Under the pieces are notes generated by a model. That model saw nothing but the letters and a program-made list of their open reading frames with translations. It made no database searches and was not told the DNA's origin. A DNA stretch of 64,000 bases from Candidatus Bathyarchaeia archaeon (GTDB lineage Archaea > Thermoproteota > Bathyarchaeia > Bathyarchaeales > Bathycorpusculaceae): assembly GCA_038883775.1 (NCBI GenBank), contig JAVZLM010000004.1, forward strand, positions 96,001 through 160,000. The letters run 5' to 3'. Below, one piece after another: positions 39,713 to 50,059 of the stretch. A program made the position numbers and the translations under genes. Each line of letters begins with the position of its first letter. The stretch's first letter is position 1.

Positions 39713-39993
39713 ATTTCTAAAATCTCCTTCAGTTTATCTTTGCGGAAACCATTAATCAGAATTTTATCGTCTATTATTATTGCTGGATAGCTAAGGCTTC
39801 CCTTCCTAGTCAAAATGTCTTTTCGAATTTTTTCTTTATCTTCATCACCGCTGAGGTCCACATCCACATACTCATATTCAATTTCGTTCTCTTTCAGAAA
39901 CTGTTTTGTTAATTTGCACCATGCGCATGTGCTTAATGCATAAACCAAAACCTTATGCTTTTTGTTTTTTCCTGGAACCTTAACGATGTTCAT
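39709..39993 (-). CDS. Glutaredoxin-like protein (NrdH-like)
   Basis: LSTCAWC and S.P.III motifs; overlaps the FTR start. Confidence 0.87.
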   Translation of the reverse strand: MNIVKVPGKNKKHKVLVYALSTCAWCKLTKQFLKENEIEYEYVDVDLSGDEDKEKIRKDILTRKGSLSYPAIIIDDKILINGFRKDKLKEILEI

Positions 39994-40108
39994 TTTCTCA
40001 GCTCACGCATTTCCTTTAGGTTTAGCGCATAATATAACTATTTGCCGTGTGAGAGGCTTAAAAATTAGAAAAGCTAATATTTTTACGCTTTAACCTATGA
40101 TTAGGTGA

Positions 40109-40429
<321 letters not shown>

Positions 40430-40514
40430 AGGCGAATCATTAACTTACTCTTCTTTTTCACACTTGATGTTACAGACTATTTGATGTCATTGTTTCGCTT
40501 AGGTTTACACATGC

Positions 40515-41129
40515 TTATTTTAGCGTTTCTTCTAAACGTTTGTTTACTTCTTCCCAGTTAACAATGTTCCAGAAGGCTTCAACAAATTTGGCTCTATCAT
40601 TTTTATAATCTATGTAGTAGGCATGCTCGAAAACGTCCAAAACCATGAGGATTCTAAACATTGGATAAACGTTTGCGTTGTGCTTTTCTATTTGCATTAT
40701 TATTGGTCTGTTAGTTTGTTTGCAGAAGGTTAATGCTGCCCATCCAGAACCTTCCACGCTAACAGCGGCTTGTGAAAATTCTTTCTTGAACCTTTCAAAA
40801 CTTCCAAATTCTTCATTTAAGGCTTCCCCTAAAACTTCGCTGGGTTTTCCACCGCCCTTGCTTGGAGGCGCCAAGTTTCCCCAGAAAAGCGAATGAAGCA
40901 GATGTCCGCCTATGTTAAATGAAAGTTCTTTTAGGGTTGATTTGATGTCTATTTCCGCATTTTCCTTTCTTGTCTTATCAAGCCTTTGAAGAATTGTGTT
41001 GGCGCCGTTAACGTAGGCTTGATGATGTTTACTATGGTGTATTCTTAACTGTTCCTCAGACATGTAAGGCGCTAAATCCTTATAATCATAGGGCAATGGT
41101 GGTAAAACGTAAAATTTTGTTTTCTCCAA
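40515..41129 (-). CDS. sod: Fe/Mn superoxide dismutase
   Basis: [23 protein letters not shown] and DVFEHAYY motifs. Confidence 0.95.
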   Translation of the reverse strand: MEKTKFYVLPPLPYDYKDLAPYMSEEQLRIHHSKHHQAYVNGANTILQRLDKTRKENAEIDIKSTLKELSFNIGGHLLHSLFWGNLAPPSKGGGKPSEVLGEALNEEFGSFERFKKEFSQAAVSVEGSGWAALTFCKQTNRPIIMQIEKHNANVYPMFRILMVLDVFEHAYYIDYKNDRAKFVEAFWNIVNWEEVNKRLEETLK

Positions 41130-41217
41130 CTTTCACACCTTTAGCTTTCTATATAGGCTTATGGAAGCTTTATATTTTGTCCTTGCACTTCATATTAGAA
41201 AATAAGCGGTGGATAAA

Positions 41218-41379
41218 TTGGATAAGTGGGAATGCACGGTTTGCGGTTACATTTACGATCCAGAAGTTGGAGACCCAGAACATAACATAAAGCCTGGAAC
41301 CCCCTTTGAGGATTTACCAGAAGATTGGATTTGTCCAGTTTGTAATGCGCCTAAAAGCCAATTTGTTAAAAAGGAATAG
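41218..41379 (+). CDS. Rubredoxin (53 aa, absent from the ORF track)
   Basis: TTG start; the ORF reads [53 protein letters not shown]. Confidence 0.93.
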   Translation: MDKWECTVCGYIYDPEVGDPEHNIKPGTPFEDLPEDWICPVCNAPKSQFVKKE

Positions 41380-41441
41380 AAGACATTAATTTTCAAACTT
41401 TTTATATTATGATTTTGTTATTTTTGAAATGGTTACCTCTT

Positions 41442-43535
41442 ATGTCTATTGCGAAAATAAGGAAGAGAGACGGAAGAATTGTTGATTTCGATTCTTCAAA
41501 AATAAAAGATGCAATACATAGAGCGTTTATTGCTGTGGAGCTTGAGAATGGTGAAAGAGCGGAAAGTCTTACAAAGGATGTTGTTAGGCTTCTTGAAGAA
41601 AGATTTAAGGAAAAAATTCCGTCGGTTGAAGATGCCCAAGACATTGTTATTGAAGTTTTGAAGAAAGGTGGTTATGGAAAAGTTGCAGAGGAATATGCGA
41701 GCTATAGGAAAAGGAAGGAGGAGATAAGAGAGCTAAAAGAGAAGTTGGGAATTGTAGAACCAAAATTAACTGTTAACGCTCTTGAAGTTTTGAATAGGCG
41801 ATACCTCTTAAAAGATGAAACGGAAAGGATTATAGAAACTCCAGCGCAAATGTTTGAACGAATAGCCAAAGCCATAGCAAGTGTTGACAAATTATACGGC
41901 GAAGACCCACGTGAAAGCGCAAAAATTTTTTATAATATGATGACACGGCTTGAGTTTATTCCAAACTCCCCAACCCTTTTCAATGCTGGAACAGAGCTTG
42001 GCCAGTTATCTGCATGTTTTGTTTTGCCAGTGGAAGATTCTTTAGAAAGCATCTTCTCAGCCGTCAAAAACATGGCTTTAATAGAAAAAAGCGGGGGAGG
42101 CGTAGGCTTCGACTTTTCAAAATTAAGACCAAACGGGGACATTGTAAGATCAACGAAAGGCGTAGCCTCTGGTCCTGTAAGTTTCATGCGTGTTTTTGAT
42201 ACGGCTACTGAAGTGATAAAGGCTGGTGGGAAAAGGAGAGGCGCTATGATGGGAATTTTAAGAGTTGACCATCCCGACATTCTTGAATTCATAACCTCAA
42301 AGCAAAAGCCAGGTTTTCTTTCAAACTTTAACATTTCCGTCGCTGTGACAGATGATTTTATGAATACCTTGGAAGAAGACGGCGAGTATTGGCTAATAAA
42401 TCCGAGAAATAAGGAAAGGGTGAGAAAGCTTAAAGCCCAAAATGTTTGGAATATGATGATACAATCCGCTTGGATGAGTGGAGACCCTGGCGTTATCTTC
42501 ATAGATGAGATTAATAGGCATAATCCGACGCCAGCGGTTGGAAGGATAGAGGCGACCAACCCTTGCGGTGAGCAGCCGCTTTTGCCTTATGAGTCTTGTA
42601 ATTTGGGTTCAATAAATCTTTCAAGAATGGTTGAGGATGGAAAAATAGATTGGGAAAAATTGAGGGGAACGGTGAGGAATGCTGTTCACTTTCTTGACAA
42701 CGTTATTGATGCTAACAAGTATCCCCTAAAAGAAATAGAAGTCATAACCAGAGCGAATAGGAAGATAGGCTTGGGGGTTATGGGTTTTGCTGACATGCTC
42801 ATAAAACTTGGGATTCGCTACGACTCTGAAGAGGCTTTGGCTCTTGCTGAAAAACTTATGAAATTCATTGATGAAGAAGCACACAAGAAATCTATGGAAA
42901 TAGGTGAAGAAAGGGGTTCATTTCCAAACTTTGAAAATAGCATTTGGAAAGATAAATACAGGGCTATGCGAAACGCCACCGTAACGACTATAGCGCCGAC
43001 TGGAAGCATAAGCATAATAGCCGGCTGCTCTTCAGGAATCGAACCCATATTCGCCATTTCCTTCATAAGAAATGTTTTAGGCGGAACAAGACTTTTCGAA
43101 ACCAATCCATTGTTTGAGATGACAGCAAAGGAAAGGGGATTTTACAGCGCCAAACTTTTGGAGGAAATTGCCAAAACGGGTTCTGTTCAAAAAATCGATG
43201 AAGTGCCAGAAGACGTTAAGAAAGTTTTCGTCACAGCCTTGGACATAAAACCTGAATGGCATGTGCGGATGCAAGCTGCATTCCAAAAGTACACGGATAA
43301 CGCGGTTTCAAAAACCGTTAATATGCCAACAGAAGCCACAGTAGACGATGTGAAAATGGTTTACGAGCTTGCTTGGAAACTAAAATGTAAGGGCGTAACC
43401 GTTTTCAGATATGGAAGCAAACCAGAACAAGTGCTATACATAGGAGAGATAAAAACTAGGGAAAAACAGTTTGTTACGGCTGAATCTGAATATGCTGGTG
43501 GGTGTCCAACAAAAACATGCCCCTTCCCAGGCTAA
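41442..43535 (+). CDS. nrdJ: Adenosylcobalamin-dependent (class II) ribonucleotide reductase with an ATP cone
   Basis: KRDGR ATP cone, [37 protein letters not shown] and a C-terminal Cys pair; no intein seen. Confidence 0.92.
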   Translation: MSIAKIRKRDGRIVDFDSSKIKDAIHRAFIAVELENGERAESLTKDVVRLLEERFKEKIPSVEDAQDIVIEVLKKGGYGKVAEEYASYRKRKEEIRELKEKLGIVEPKLTVNALEVLNRRYLLKDETERIIETPAQMFERIAKAIASVDKLYGEDPRESAKIFYNMMTRLEFIPNSPTLFNAGTELGQLSACFVLPVEDSLESIFSAVKNMALIEKSGGGVGFDFSKLRPNGDIVRSTKGVASGPVSFMRVFDTATEVIKAGGKRRGAMMGILRVDHPDILEFITSKQKPGFLSNFNISVAVTDDFMNTLEEDGEYWLINPRNKERVRKLKAQNVWNMMIQSAWMSGDPGVIFIDEINRHNPTPAVGRIEATNPCGEQPLLPYESCNLGSINLSRMVEDGKIDWEKLRGTVRNAVHFLDNVIDANKYPLKEIEVITRANRKIGLGVMGFADMLIKLGIRYDSEEALALAEKLMKFIDEEAHKKSMEIGEERGSFPNFENSIWKDKYRAMRNATVTTIAPTGSISIIAGCSSGIEPIFAISFIRNVLGGTRLFETNPLFEMTAKERGFYSAKLLEEIAKTGSVQKIDEVPEDVKKVFVTALDIKPEWHVRMQAAFQKYTDNAVSKTVNMPTEATVDDVKMVYELAWKLKCKGVTVFRYGSKPEQVLYIGEIKTREKQFVTAESEYAGGCPTKTCPFPG

Positions 43536-43552
43536 AACACGTGAAATGGCGT

Positions 43553-43870
43553 TTACATTTCTTTTTGGATGATGATTTCTCTGCCTTCGAAAATGGCTCT
43601 TATGAGTTTTTCTCTTGCATTTTCAACCAATCGCCAAACAGTATTCCTTGAAACCATCATTCTTTCGCCAGCTTCTTCAAAAGACAATTTTTCCAAATCT
43701 ATTAGCCTCAATGCTTCTATTTCGGCTTGTTCCAAGTAAATGGGTTCTAAACTTTTTTTGGGTGTGGGTTCAAGTTTTTCTGTGGTTGGGTTTGTGGTTA
43801 CTGCTATGGGTTTTGGTGGTCTTCCAACTCTGCCGTGTCTTCGTCTTTTGCGCCATTGCCATCCTGACAT
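43553..43870 (-). CDS. DUF134-family predicted DNA-binding protein
   Basis: GRP.K, E.EALRL.D...LS.EEA..RM.VSR.T.WR....AR.K motifs. Confidence 0.85.
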   Translation of the reverse strand: MSGWQWRKRRRHGRVGRPPKPIAVTTNPTTEKLEPTPKKSLEPIYLEQAEIEALRLIDLEKLSFEEAGERMMVSRNTVWRLVENAREKLIRAIFEGREIIIQKEM

Positions 43871-43873
43871 GGT

Positions 43874-43937
43874 TTATGGGATATATCACAAAACTTAAAT
43901 AGTTTATGCTCCAACTATTATGTGACATATCACAAAA
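43874..43937. promoter_or_regulatory. Duplicated 20-bp palindromic operator-like sites in the DUF134 divergent promoter
   Basis: TTATGGGATATATCACAAAA (43874-43893) and TTATGTGACATATCACAAAA (43918-43937), 18/20 identical. Confidence 0.65.
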
Positions 43938-43953
43938 TAGAGGCGAAACCAAA

Positions 43954-44166
43954 ATGAGAGGATGGCGCTACAGACCAAGAGGATGGTGGTGTCCAAGACA
44001 TCCGTGGCCTCCACCTTGGGCTCAAAGTCAGTATTATCCTTATCCAGCTGACCCAAACGAAGAACTGAAAGCCTTAGAGGATTTAAGAAAGAGCATAGAA
44101 TTGGAACTTGCAGACTTAAATAAACGCATAGAAGAGCTTAGGACGCTGATTCAAGAGAAAAAGTGA
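43954..44166 (+). CDS. Small DUF5320-like protein (Arg/Trp/Pro-rich head plus coiled coil)
   Basis: MRGWRYRPRGWWCPRHPW followed by the heptad run EELKALE..L..LNKRIEEL; lies between DUF134 and NifX-like genes. Confidence 0.65.
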   Translation: MRGWRYRPRGWWCPRHPWPPPWAQSQYYPYPADPNEELKALEDLRKSIELELADLNKRIEELRTLIQEKK

Positions 44167-44172
44167 AGCTTA

Positions 44173-44526
44173 ATGGCAGTACAGCCTAAGAGTTTAAAAG
44201 TTGCCATTGCAACGACAAGCGAAAAGGGACTTGAAGATACGGTTTCGCATGAATTTGGCCACGCAAAAACCTTCACAATTATAGACATAAAAGATAATAG
44301 CGTAAAAAATGTGGAGGTAATAGAGAATCCAGCTGCGTCGCTTAGTCATGGCAAAGGACCAGTCGTGGCAAAATATTTGGCAGACATGAAGGTGAACGTG
44401 GTCATTTCAGGGGAAGTTGGACCTGGTGCCACAACCATGCTTAACGAACTTAAAATAAAAATTTTAGCTGCCAAGTCTGGTGAGCAAGTGATAAACGTTT
44501 TAAGAAGTAATTCTCTGATTAAGTGA
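44173..44526 (+). CDS. NifB/NifX-family (dinitrogenase FeMo-cofactor-binding-like) protein
   Basis: KVAIAT, VS.EFG.A..F.I.D, ENP, G.G and G..GPGA motifs. Confidence 0.85.
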   Translation: MAVQPKSLKVAIATTSEKGLEDTVSHEFGHAKTFTIIDIKDNSVKNVEVIENPAASLSHGKGPVVAKYLADMKVNVVISGEVGPGATTMLNELKIKILAAKSGEQVINVLRSNSLIK

Positions 44527-44551
44527 TGCGCATCTAAAACAAGAGTTGGTT

Positions 44552-44968
44552 TTAAGTCGTGGTTTTCATTTTGTAGCTTGTTTTGACTCCTGCTTTTTCG
44601 AAAAGTTTTCCAACTGGACAGTTTTCTAATGTTAGTTTGAAGATTCTTTGAATTCTATCTTCTGGAGCGTCAGCTTTGACTTGAATGTCAAAGTTAGCTT
44701 CTGTTATCGTGCCTTCTTCTTCTGATTTTACTGCTTCCAATTTAACGTCTAAATCCTTCAGTGGAACACGCATTTTCTTGGCTGTCAAAGCGAAAATGGT
44801 TGCAAAGCATCCAGCATAACCCATCACAGCGCATTCCAAAGCCGTTGGTCCCATGTCTGAGCCGAGTTCTGGTGGAAGGTCAAGGCATATGCTGTGCGCC
44901 CTGCCATTGTCAACGGCTATCCTTAAATCCTTAACCAACTTTGCGTTTGCGTAAAGTTTTTGTGCCAA
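44552..44968 (-). CDS. OsmC-family protein
   Basis: D.P..LG.D.GPT..E, GC and CPV motifs; start taken at TTG 44968 after GGAGGTGA. Confidence 0.85.
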   Translation of the reverse strand: MAQKLYANAKLVKDLRIAVDNGRAHSICLDLPPELGSDMGPTALECAVMGYAGCFATIFALTAKKMRVPLKDLDVKLEAVKSEEEGTITEANFDIQVKADAPEDRIQRIFKLTLENCPVGKLFEKAGVKTSYKMKTTT

Positions 44969-45002
44969 ATTTTCACCTCCCTTTGAATTAAAAAAGAAGG
45001 GT

Positions 45003-45659
45003 TTAGGGGAGTTTCTTTTTGCATAGGAACCAGTCCACACATTCGTAGCCTTCTTGCAAGCGTTTTTCTGCTGCATCCTGCGTGAGTGGCGGTGGAACGA
45101 TAACTGCCTCGCCTGGACGCCAATTGGCTGGACAAGCAACTTTGTATTTGTCGGCTGTTTGTAAAGCGTCAACAACCCTCAGAATTTCGTCCATGTTTCT
45201 CCCAACATTTAATGGATAGTATATCATGGCTCTTAACGTCATTTCTGGATCTATGAAAAAGACGGCACGAACGGCGGCGGTGGCGCTCATTCCTGGGTGA
45301 ATCATGCCGAAAATTGTGGCAACTTTCATGTCTAAGTCGGCTATTACTGGAAAGGGAATTTCCACTCCTAACTTTTCCTTTATTCGCCTAACCCATGCTA
45401 TGTGAGAGTAAACGCTGTCTATGCTCAAACCAATTAGCTGAACATTCCGTTTCACAAGTTCATCGTGAATTTTTGCAAAGGCAACAAACTCTGTAGTGCA
45501 AACTGGTGTGAAATCTGCTGGATGAGAAAATAGAATTATCCATTTTCCCTTGAAGTCTGAAAGCTTAATCTTTCCATGCGTAGTGACAGCTTCAAAATCT
45601 GGAACTGGTTCGCCTAATCTCAATAAAGGTCTTTTTTCTTCCATTTTATCAACCTCCAT
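45003..45659 (-). CDS. Peroxiredoxin (archaeal Prx6 type)
   Basis: [26 protein letters not shown] and a C-terminal C.DWFLC. Confidence 0.93.
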   Translation of the reverse strand: MEVDKMEEKRPLLRLGEPVPDFEAVTTHGKIKLSDFKGKWIILFSHPADFTPVCTTEFVAFAKIHDELVKRNVQLIGLSIDSVYSHIAWVRRIKEKLGVEIPFPVIADLDMKVATIFGMIHPGMSATAAVRAVFFIDPEMTLRAMIYYPLNVGRNMDEILRVVDALQTADKYKVACPANWRPGEAVIVPPPLTQDAAEKRLQEGYECVDWFLCKKKLP

Positions 45660-45765
45660 TCGTTTTTAGGAACAAAAAACTTTTATCTCAGACTGTTTTA
45701 TATATTTTTCGGATAAAAATAGACGAAATTCAGATAAAAAAATACTGAAATAGGAATGAAAGCAT

Positions 45766-46200
45766 ATGTCAACGCTGGATAAAATTGACGAAAAAATCCT
45801 TCAAATATTAGAAGAAGATGGGCGAAAATCCTTCACAGAAATAGCTGAAAAACTGAAAATAAACGAGTCAACAGTCAGAAAACGAGTTTCAGCCATGCAG
45901 AAGGAGGGGATAATAAAAAAGTTCACGGTTAAAGTTGACCCAAGAAAACTGGGAATAAACACTGTTGCCATAGTGGGATTAGAAACAGACCCCACGAAAC
46001 TTTTAGAAGTAGCTCAAAAACTTTGCGAATTTTCAAAAATTAAATGTGTTGCGACATCTACTGGAGACCATATGATAATGACAGAAATCTGGACAAGAGA
46101 TGGAAGGGAACTTACAAAACTTATATCAGAGAAAATTGGAACCATTGAAGGAGTGAAAAGGATTTGTCCAGCAATAATTTTAGAAAAATTAAAAGAATAA
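45766..46200 (+). CDS. Lrp/AsnC-family transcriptional regulator (LrpA-like)
   Basis: D..IL..L..DGR.SF..IA..L.I.ESTVRKR HTH; STGDHMIM.EIW RAM domain. Confidence 0.9.
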   Translation: MSTLDKIDEKILQILEEDGRKSFTEIAEKLKINESTVRKRVSAMQKEGIIKKFTVKVDPRKLGINTVAIVGLETDPTKLLEVAQKLCEFSKIKCVATSTGDHMIMTEIWTRDGRELTKLISEKIGTIEGVKRICPAIILEKLKE

Positions 46201-46219
46201 TGAGGAACGGTGAGCATAA

Positions 46220-46864
46220 GTGAGTTTAATACCTGAAGAACATAAAGAGCACATTAAAGCTGAGCTCCAAGAGAAAATGGAGAATCTAGTAAAAATCATT
46301 ATGTTCACTCAAGAGGTTGAATGCCAATTTTGCGCCCAGACAAGACAATTAATCAATGAGTTGGCAGCCTTAAATGATAAGATTAAGGTTGAAATTTACG
46401 ATTTTATTGTCGACGCGGATAAGGCTAAAAGATATGGCGTCGACAAGGTTCCAGCATTAATCATTGTGGGCGAGAAGGATTATGGAATAAGGTTTTATGG
46501 ACTGCCCTATGGCTATGAGTTTCAAACCCTTCTGGAAAGCATAATAAACGTTTCTAGGGGAAGAACAGACCTTTCGGAAGAAACAAAAAACAGACTTAAA
46601 GAAATTAAAGCTCCAGTTCACATTCAAGTTTTTGTAACCTTAACATGTCCATACTGCCCAATGGTTGCAAGCACAGCCCAAAAGTTTGCTATAGAAAATG
46701 ATTTGATAAGGGCTGATGTGATTGATATAAGCGAATTTCCCCATTTAGCCCTAAAATATGCGGTTATGGGAACGCCAAAGACCGTTATAAATGAGAAGGT
46801 AGAGTTTGTCGGAGCCTTCCCAGAAGATCTATTCTTGGAACACATATTGCTTGCCGCCACCTAG
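46220..46864 (+). CDS. Protein disulfide oxidoreductase (two thioredoxin folds, PDO)
   Basis: CQFC and CPYC motifs; G.P.GYEF. Confidence 0.9.
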   Translation: MSLIPEEHKEHIKAELQEKMENLVKIIMFTQEVECQFCAQTRQLINELAALNDKIKVEIYDFIVDADKAKRYGVDKVPALIIVGEKDYGIRFYGLPYGYEFQTLLESIINVSRGRTDLSEETKNRLKEIKAPVHIQVFVTLTCPYCPMVASTAQKFAIENDLIRADVIDISEFPHLALKYAVMGTPKTVINEKVEFVGAFPEDLFLEHILLAAT

Positions 46865-46873
46865 GTTTTAAAC

Positions 46874-47665
46874 TTGACAAACAAAGAAGCCTTAAACCTA
46901 ATCTTCATTTACAGTGGAGAATTTGCAGAACGCGTAATAAGAAACTTGATAAACGACCCGAGCTTCTGCAAATCATGCGGGCTTTACTGTGATTCATGCA
47001 AATATAGCGTTTACAGTTTTGTCCGCAACATTCGAGCAGCAATACAACTTCCAAATCCTACAGAACTGCCAGCTTTCATAGACAATCCAGAAGAGTATAT
47101 GCCGAAGAAAATTCCAAGGGCTGATTTATGTATATCTTCTGGACTGCACAAAGACTTGCTTTTAGAACTCCCAAAACACATAAAGAATGCTGGAATTAAA
47201 GGGTTGATTGCGCCTATAGAAGATTTTAACGAAGTCCCATCAGGCTTAAAGAAGCAAATGGAAGAAAAATGTTTAGATTTGGGATTGGAATATGCTTTTC
47301 CGAAACCCTTTTGTTCTTTGGAACCATCGAAGGATAAGCCTACAATTTCAAGGTTTATGAATGAAATGAAAGTTGGAAGACCATCATTGGAGATAACAAT
47401 TGCGAAGAGGGGTAAACAAGAAGTTATAGACTCTGCAATGGTCAGGCGAAGCGCTCCATGCGGTTCCACATGGTACATAGCAAAAAAGCTTGTTGGAGTA
47501 GAATTGAAAAAGGAATTTCTTTATGATGCAATAGCAAAAGCCCACCACAGTTACCCTTGCACAGCAACAATGAACGTAGACCCTGAAACCAAAGAACCCA
47601 TACTCCACATAGGCGGCTACATAATAAGAGAAGAAGTAGAGAAAGCTTTGAAACGGATAACTTAA
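46874..47665 (+). CDS. DUF166-like protein
   Basis: FID.PEEY.P, LH.DL, PKPFCSL, R.APCGSTW and HH.YPC.A motifs. Confidence 0.7.
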   Translation: MTNKEALNLIFIYSGEFAERVIRNLINDPSFCKSCGLYCDSCKYSVYSFVRNIRAAIQLPNPTELPAFIDNPEEYMPKKIPRADLCISSGLHKDLLLELPKHIKNAGIKGLIAPIEDFNEVPSGLKKQMEEKCLDLGLEYAFPKPFCSLEPSKDKPTISRFMNEMKVGRPSLEITIAKRGKQEVIDSAMVRRSAPCGSTWYIAKKLVGVELKKEFLYDAIAKAHHSYPCTATMNVDPETKEPILHIGGYIIREEVEKALKRIT

Positions 47666-47690
47666 ATTAGGGACTTGAGAAGGCTTGTTT

Positions 47691-48089
47691 ATGCATGAAT
47701 GGGCTTTGGCTGAAGCAATCATCATAACGGCATCGCAAATTGCAGAAAAGGAAGGATTAAGCGAAGTTACTGAAGTTAAAATAAAGGTTGGCGAACTGCA
47801 ACAAGTTGAATCAGACATTTTAGAATTTGCGCTTTCGCAGTTGAAGTCTGGTAAGCTCAAAAAGGCAAAATTTCTAATAGAAGCTATGAAGGCAAAGCTG
47901 AAATGCAGAGTCTGCGGAAACCAATGGTTCTTTAGCAAAGAAAATTTGGACGAAAAAACAACAGAGGCCATACATTTTATTCCAGAAATCGCCCACACAT
48001 ATATCAAATGTCCAAAATGTGGAAGCCCAGACTTCGAAATACTAGAAGGACGCGGAATCTGGCTTGAAAGCGTTAAGGGAGTGATATGA
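47691..48089 (+). CDS. hypA: Hydrogenase nickel metallochaperone HypA
   Basis: MHEWALA N-terminus, CRVC, HFIPE and CPKCGS motifs. Confidence 0.93.
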   Translation: MHEWALAEAIIITASQIAEKEGLSEVTEVKIKVGELQQVESDILEFALSQLKSGKLKKAKFLIEAMKAKLKCRVCGNQWFFSKENLDEKTTEAIHFIPEIAHTYIKCPKCGSPDFEILEGRGIWLESVKGVI

Positions 48090-48817
48090 ACATGGCAGAC
48101 CCGAGAATAAGTATAATAAACGAGCGTATAAAGGAAATTGGCAACATAATTGCTGTCTCAAGCGGAAAGGGCGGAGTTGGCAAAAGCTTAGTGGCATCAA
48201 CCCTCGCACTAACACTAGCAAAGAAGGGTTATAGCGTGGGGCTTTTCGACTTGGATTTTACAAGTCCGTCAACACATGTAATATTGGGCATTGAGGGCGT
48301 ACAGCCGAAGGAAGATAAGGGGTTGGTTCCGCCATTCGTGCATGGTTTGAAGTATATGTCAATAGTTTATTACTCGGGTGAGTATGCATCCCCATTAAGA
48401 GGAGTAGATGTCTCAAATGCTTTAATCGAGTTACTTGCCATTACAAAGTGGGGTAAGCTTGATTTTCTGGTTGTGGACATGCCGCCTGGCATTGGAGACG
48501 CAACCTTAGACTTGTTACGTTTAATTAAAAATGTAAAATTCCTAATCGTAACTACATCTTCTCTTTTAGCTTTTGAAACGGTCAGAAAACTCGTAAGCCT
48601 ACTAAAGGCTTTGAATGTTCCAATTATCGGCGTTATTGAAAACATGAAAATGAACAATTCTAAGACTATACAACAAAGAGTTCAAAGTTTAAGCGTACCA
48701 TTCTTGAGCGAAATTCCCTTCGAAACCAAAATTGAAGAGTCCATAGGAAAAACCAACAAGCTTTTAAAAACAGCGTTCGCAGAAAAAGTGGGTGAAATAA
48801 CCTCGAAAATTATTTAG
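48086..48817 (+). CDS. Mrp/MinD-family ATPase, probably ATP-type HypB
   Basis: SGKGGVGKS, DLDF, DMPPG and ENM without the Mrp CPxC motif; overlaps the hypA stop. Confidence 0.8.
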   Translation: MNMADPRISIINERIKEIGNIIAVSSGKGGVGKSLVASTLALTLAKKGYSVGLFDLDFTSPSTHVILGIEGVQPKEDKGLVPPFVHGLKYMSIVYYSGEYASPLRGVDVSNALIELLAITKWGKLDFLVVDMPPGIGDATLDLLRLIKNVKFLIVTTSSLLAFETVRKLVSLLKALNVPIIGVIENMKMNNSKTIQQRVQSLSVPFLSEIPFETKIEESIGKTNKLLKTAFAEKVGEITSKII

Positions 48818-49203
48818 GCTTTCACCCTTTTTTTCTTAACCACATTTTTCACAGGCTTGTCTTGCAACATAGCCTCTTCCAAAGAATTTGCCTTACGAAG
48901 CTCCTGCATATACCAACTTCTATCTCTTGAATAGTTTATGCCAGAAGCTATTCCAAAAACCATCAAAGATAAACCACAAATTATCATGGCTAATCCCAAG
49001 ATTGCACCTGGATGCGCTTGTGCATAATATGGTATGAAGATGAACCATTCTGGTTGTCCAGATAAAATTACTTTAGCCAAGCTTATGGTTTCTAACATTC
49101 CTCCAACAAAAAATACTACGCCAGCCACAAACATGAGGTAGGCTACAGACTCGTTGTGCCTTGATTCTTCAGCTTTCTCATGTAAATATTCTCTGAAGGA
49201 CAT
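48814..49203 (-). CDS. Hypothetical membrane protein (2 TM)
   Basis: ATG-started ORF with two hydrophobic helices that fills the gap between neighbours. Confidence 0.7.
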   Translation of the reverse strand: MSFREYLHEKAEESRHNESVAYLMFVAGVVFFVGGMLETISLAKVILSGQPEWFIFIPYYAQAHPGAILGLAMIICGLSLMVFGIASGINYSRDRSWYMQELRKANSLEEAMLQDKPVKNVVKKKRVKA

Positions 49204-49294
49204 GAATGTTCAAATATGTCAAATTAGCGAACGTATACGTAAATATTATTATATGGAAATAAACATTGCAGAAATGAATTAGTAATAAACAAAA

Positions 49295-50059
49295 GTGAAA
49301 TGGTGCATTGGCTTGTTGCCTATTAAAGCGATAATTTTCGATTTCATCGGCACATTAACAAACGTTAAAAATTACAATTTAGAAAATTCAAAAATGAAGC
49401 TGTATAAGGCTTTAGTGGATGCAGGCTTTAATATTGGCATAGAAAGCTTTTTAGAGGCTTACACCCAAGCCCATGAGAAATACCGTGTCATAAGATACGA
49501 AAAATTGGTAGAAGTAACAAATTCCATTTGGATTTCAGAAGCCCTAAATAACCTTGGGTTTAAGGTAAACTCTGAAGATCCACGCATAAAAACAGCCGTA
49601 AATATATTCTTTGAAGATTATCTAAACTCGCTAGAACTTAGACCATGCGCAAAAAAGCTCTTGGAAGAAGCCTCTATAGAATGCAAGTTAGGCTTAATTT
49701 CAAACTTTACATATGCACCCGTAATTTACGCTGGTCTCAGAAAATTGGGCATAAACCGCTTTTTCCATGCAATTTTGGTTTCTGAAGATGTGAGTTGGCG
49801 CAAACCTCACATAAAAATTTTCCAAGAAGCTTTACAAAGGCTTGGAGTGAAAGCAGAAGAAGTAGTTTATGTGGGAGACAGCCCAACAGAAGATATTATG
49901 GGAGCCAAAGCTGCCGGAATGAAAACAGTTTTTGTTCCATCACAGTTTTACTCCTATGAAGAGTTGAAAAAAAACCAACAAAAACCAGACTTCATCGCAA
50001 AAAACCTCTGCACACTTTACAAGGTGTTTCCAAAAATTTTAAACAAAATAAACAATTAA
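49295..50059 (+). CDS. HAD-superfamily hydrolase
   Basis: FDFIGTL, ISN, KP..IF and VGDS..EDI.GA..AGM motifs; exact start uncertain. Confidence 0.87.
   Translation: MKWCIGLLPIKAIIFDFIGTLTNVKNYNLENSKMKLYKALVDAGFNIGIESFLEAYTQAHEKYRVIRYEKLVEVTNSIWISEALNNLGFKVNSEDPRIKTAVNIFFEDYLNSLELRPCAKKLLEEASIECKLGLISNFTYAPVIYAGLRKLGINRFFHAILVSEDVSWRKPHIKIFQEALQRLGVKAEEVVYVGDSPTEDIMGAKAAGMKTVFVPSQFYSYEELKKNQQKPDFIAKNLCTLYKVFPKILNKINN

Noticed and set aside
41442-43535. Intein in the ribonucleotide reductase
   Set aside because: The length (about 700 aa) and continuous catalytic motifs leave no room for one; no intein-like insertion ending in HN was seen.
44969-45175. N-terminal 69 aa of the 207-aa OsmC ORF in the track
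   Set aside because: It overlaps the peroxiredoxin gene in another frame; the RBS GGAGGTGA points to TTG 44968 as the real start.
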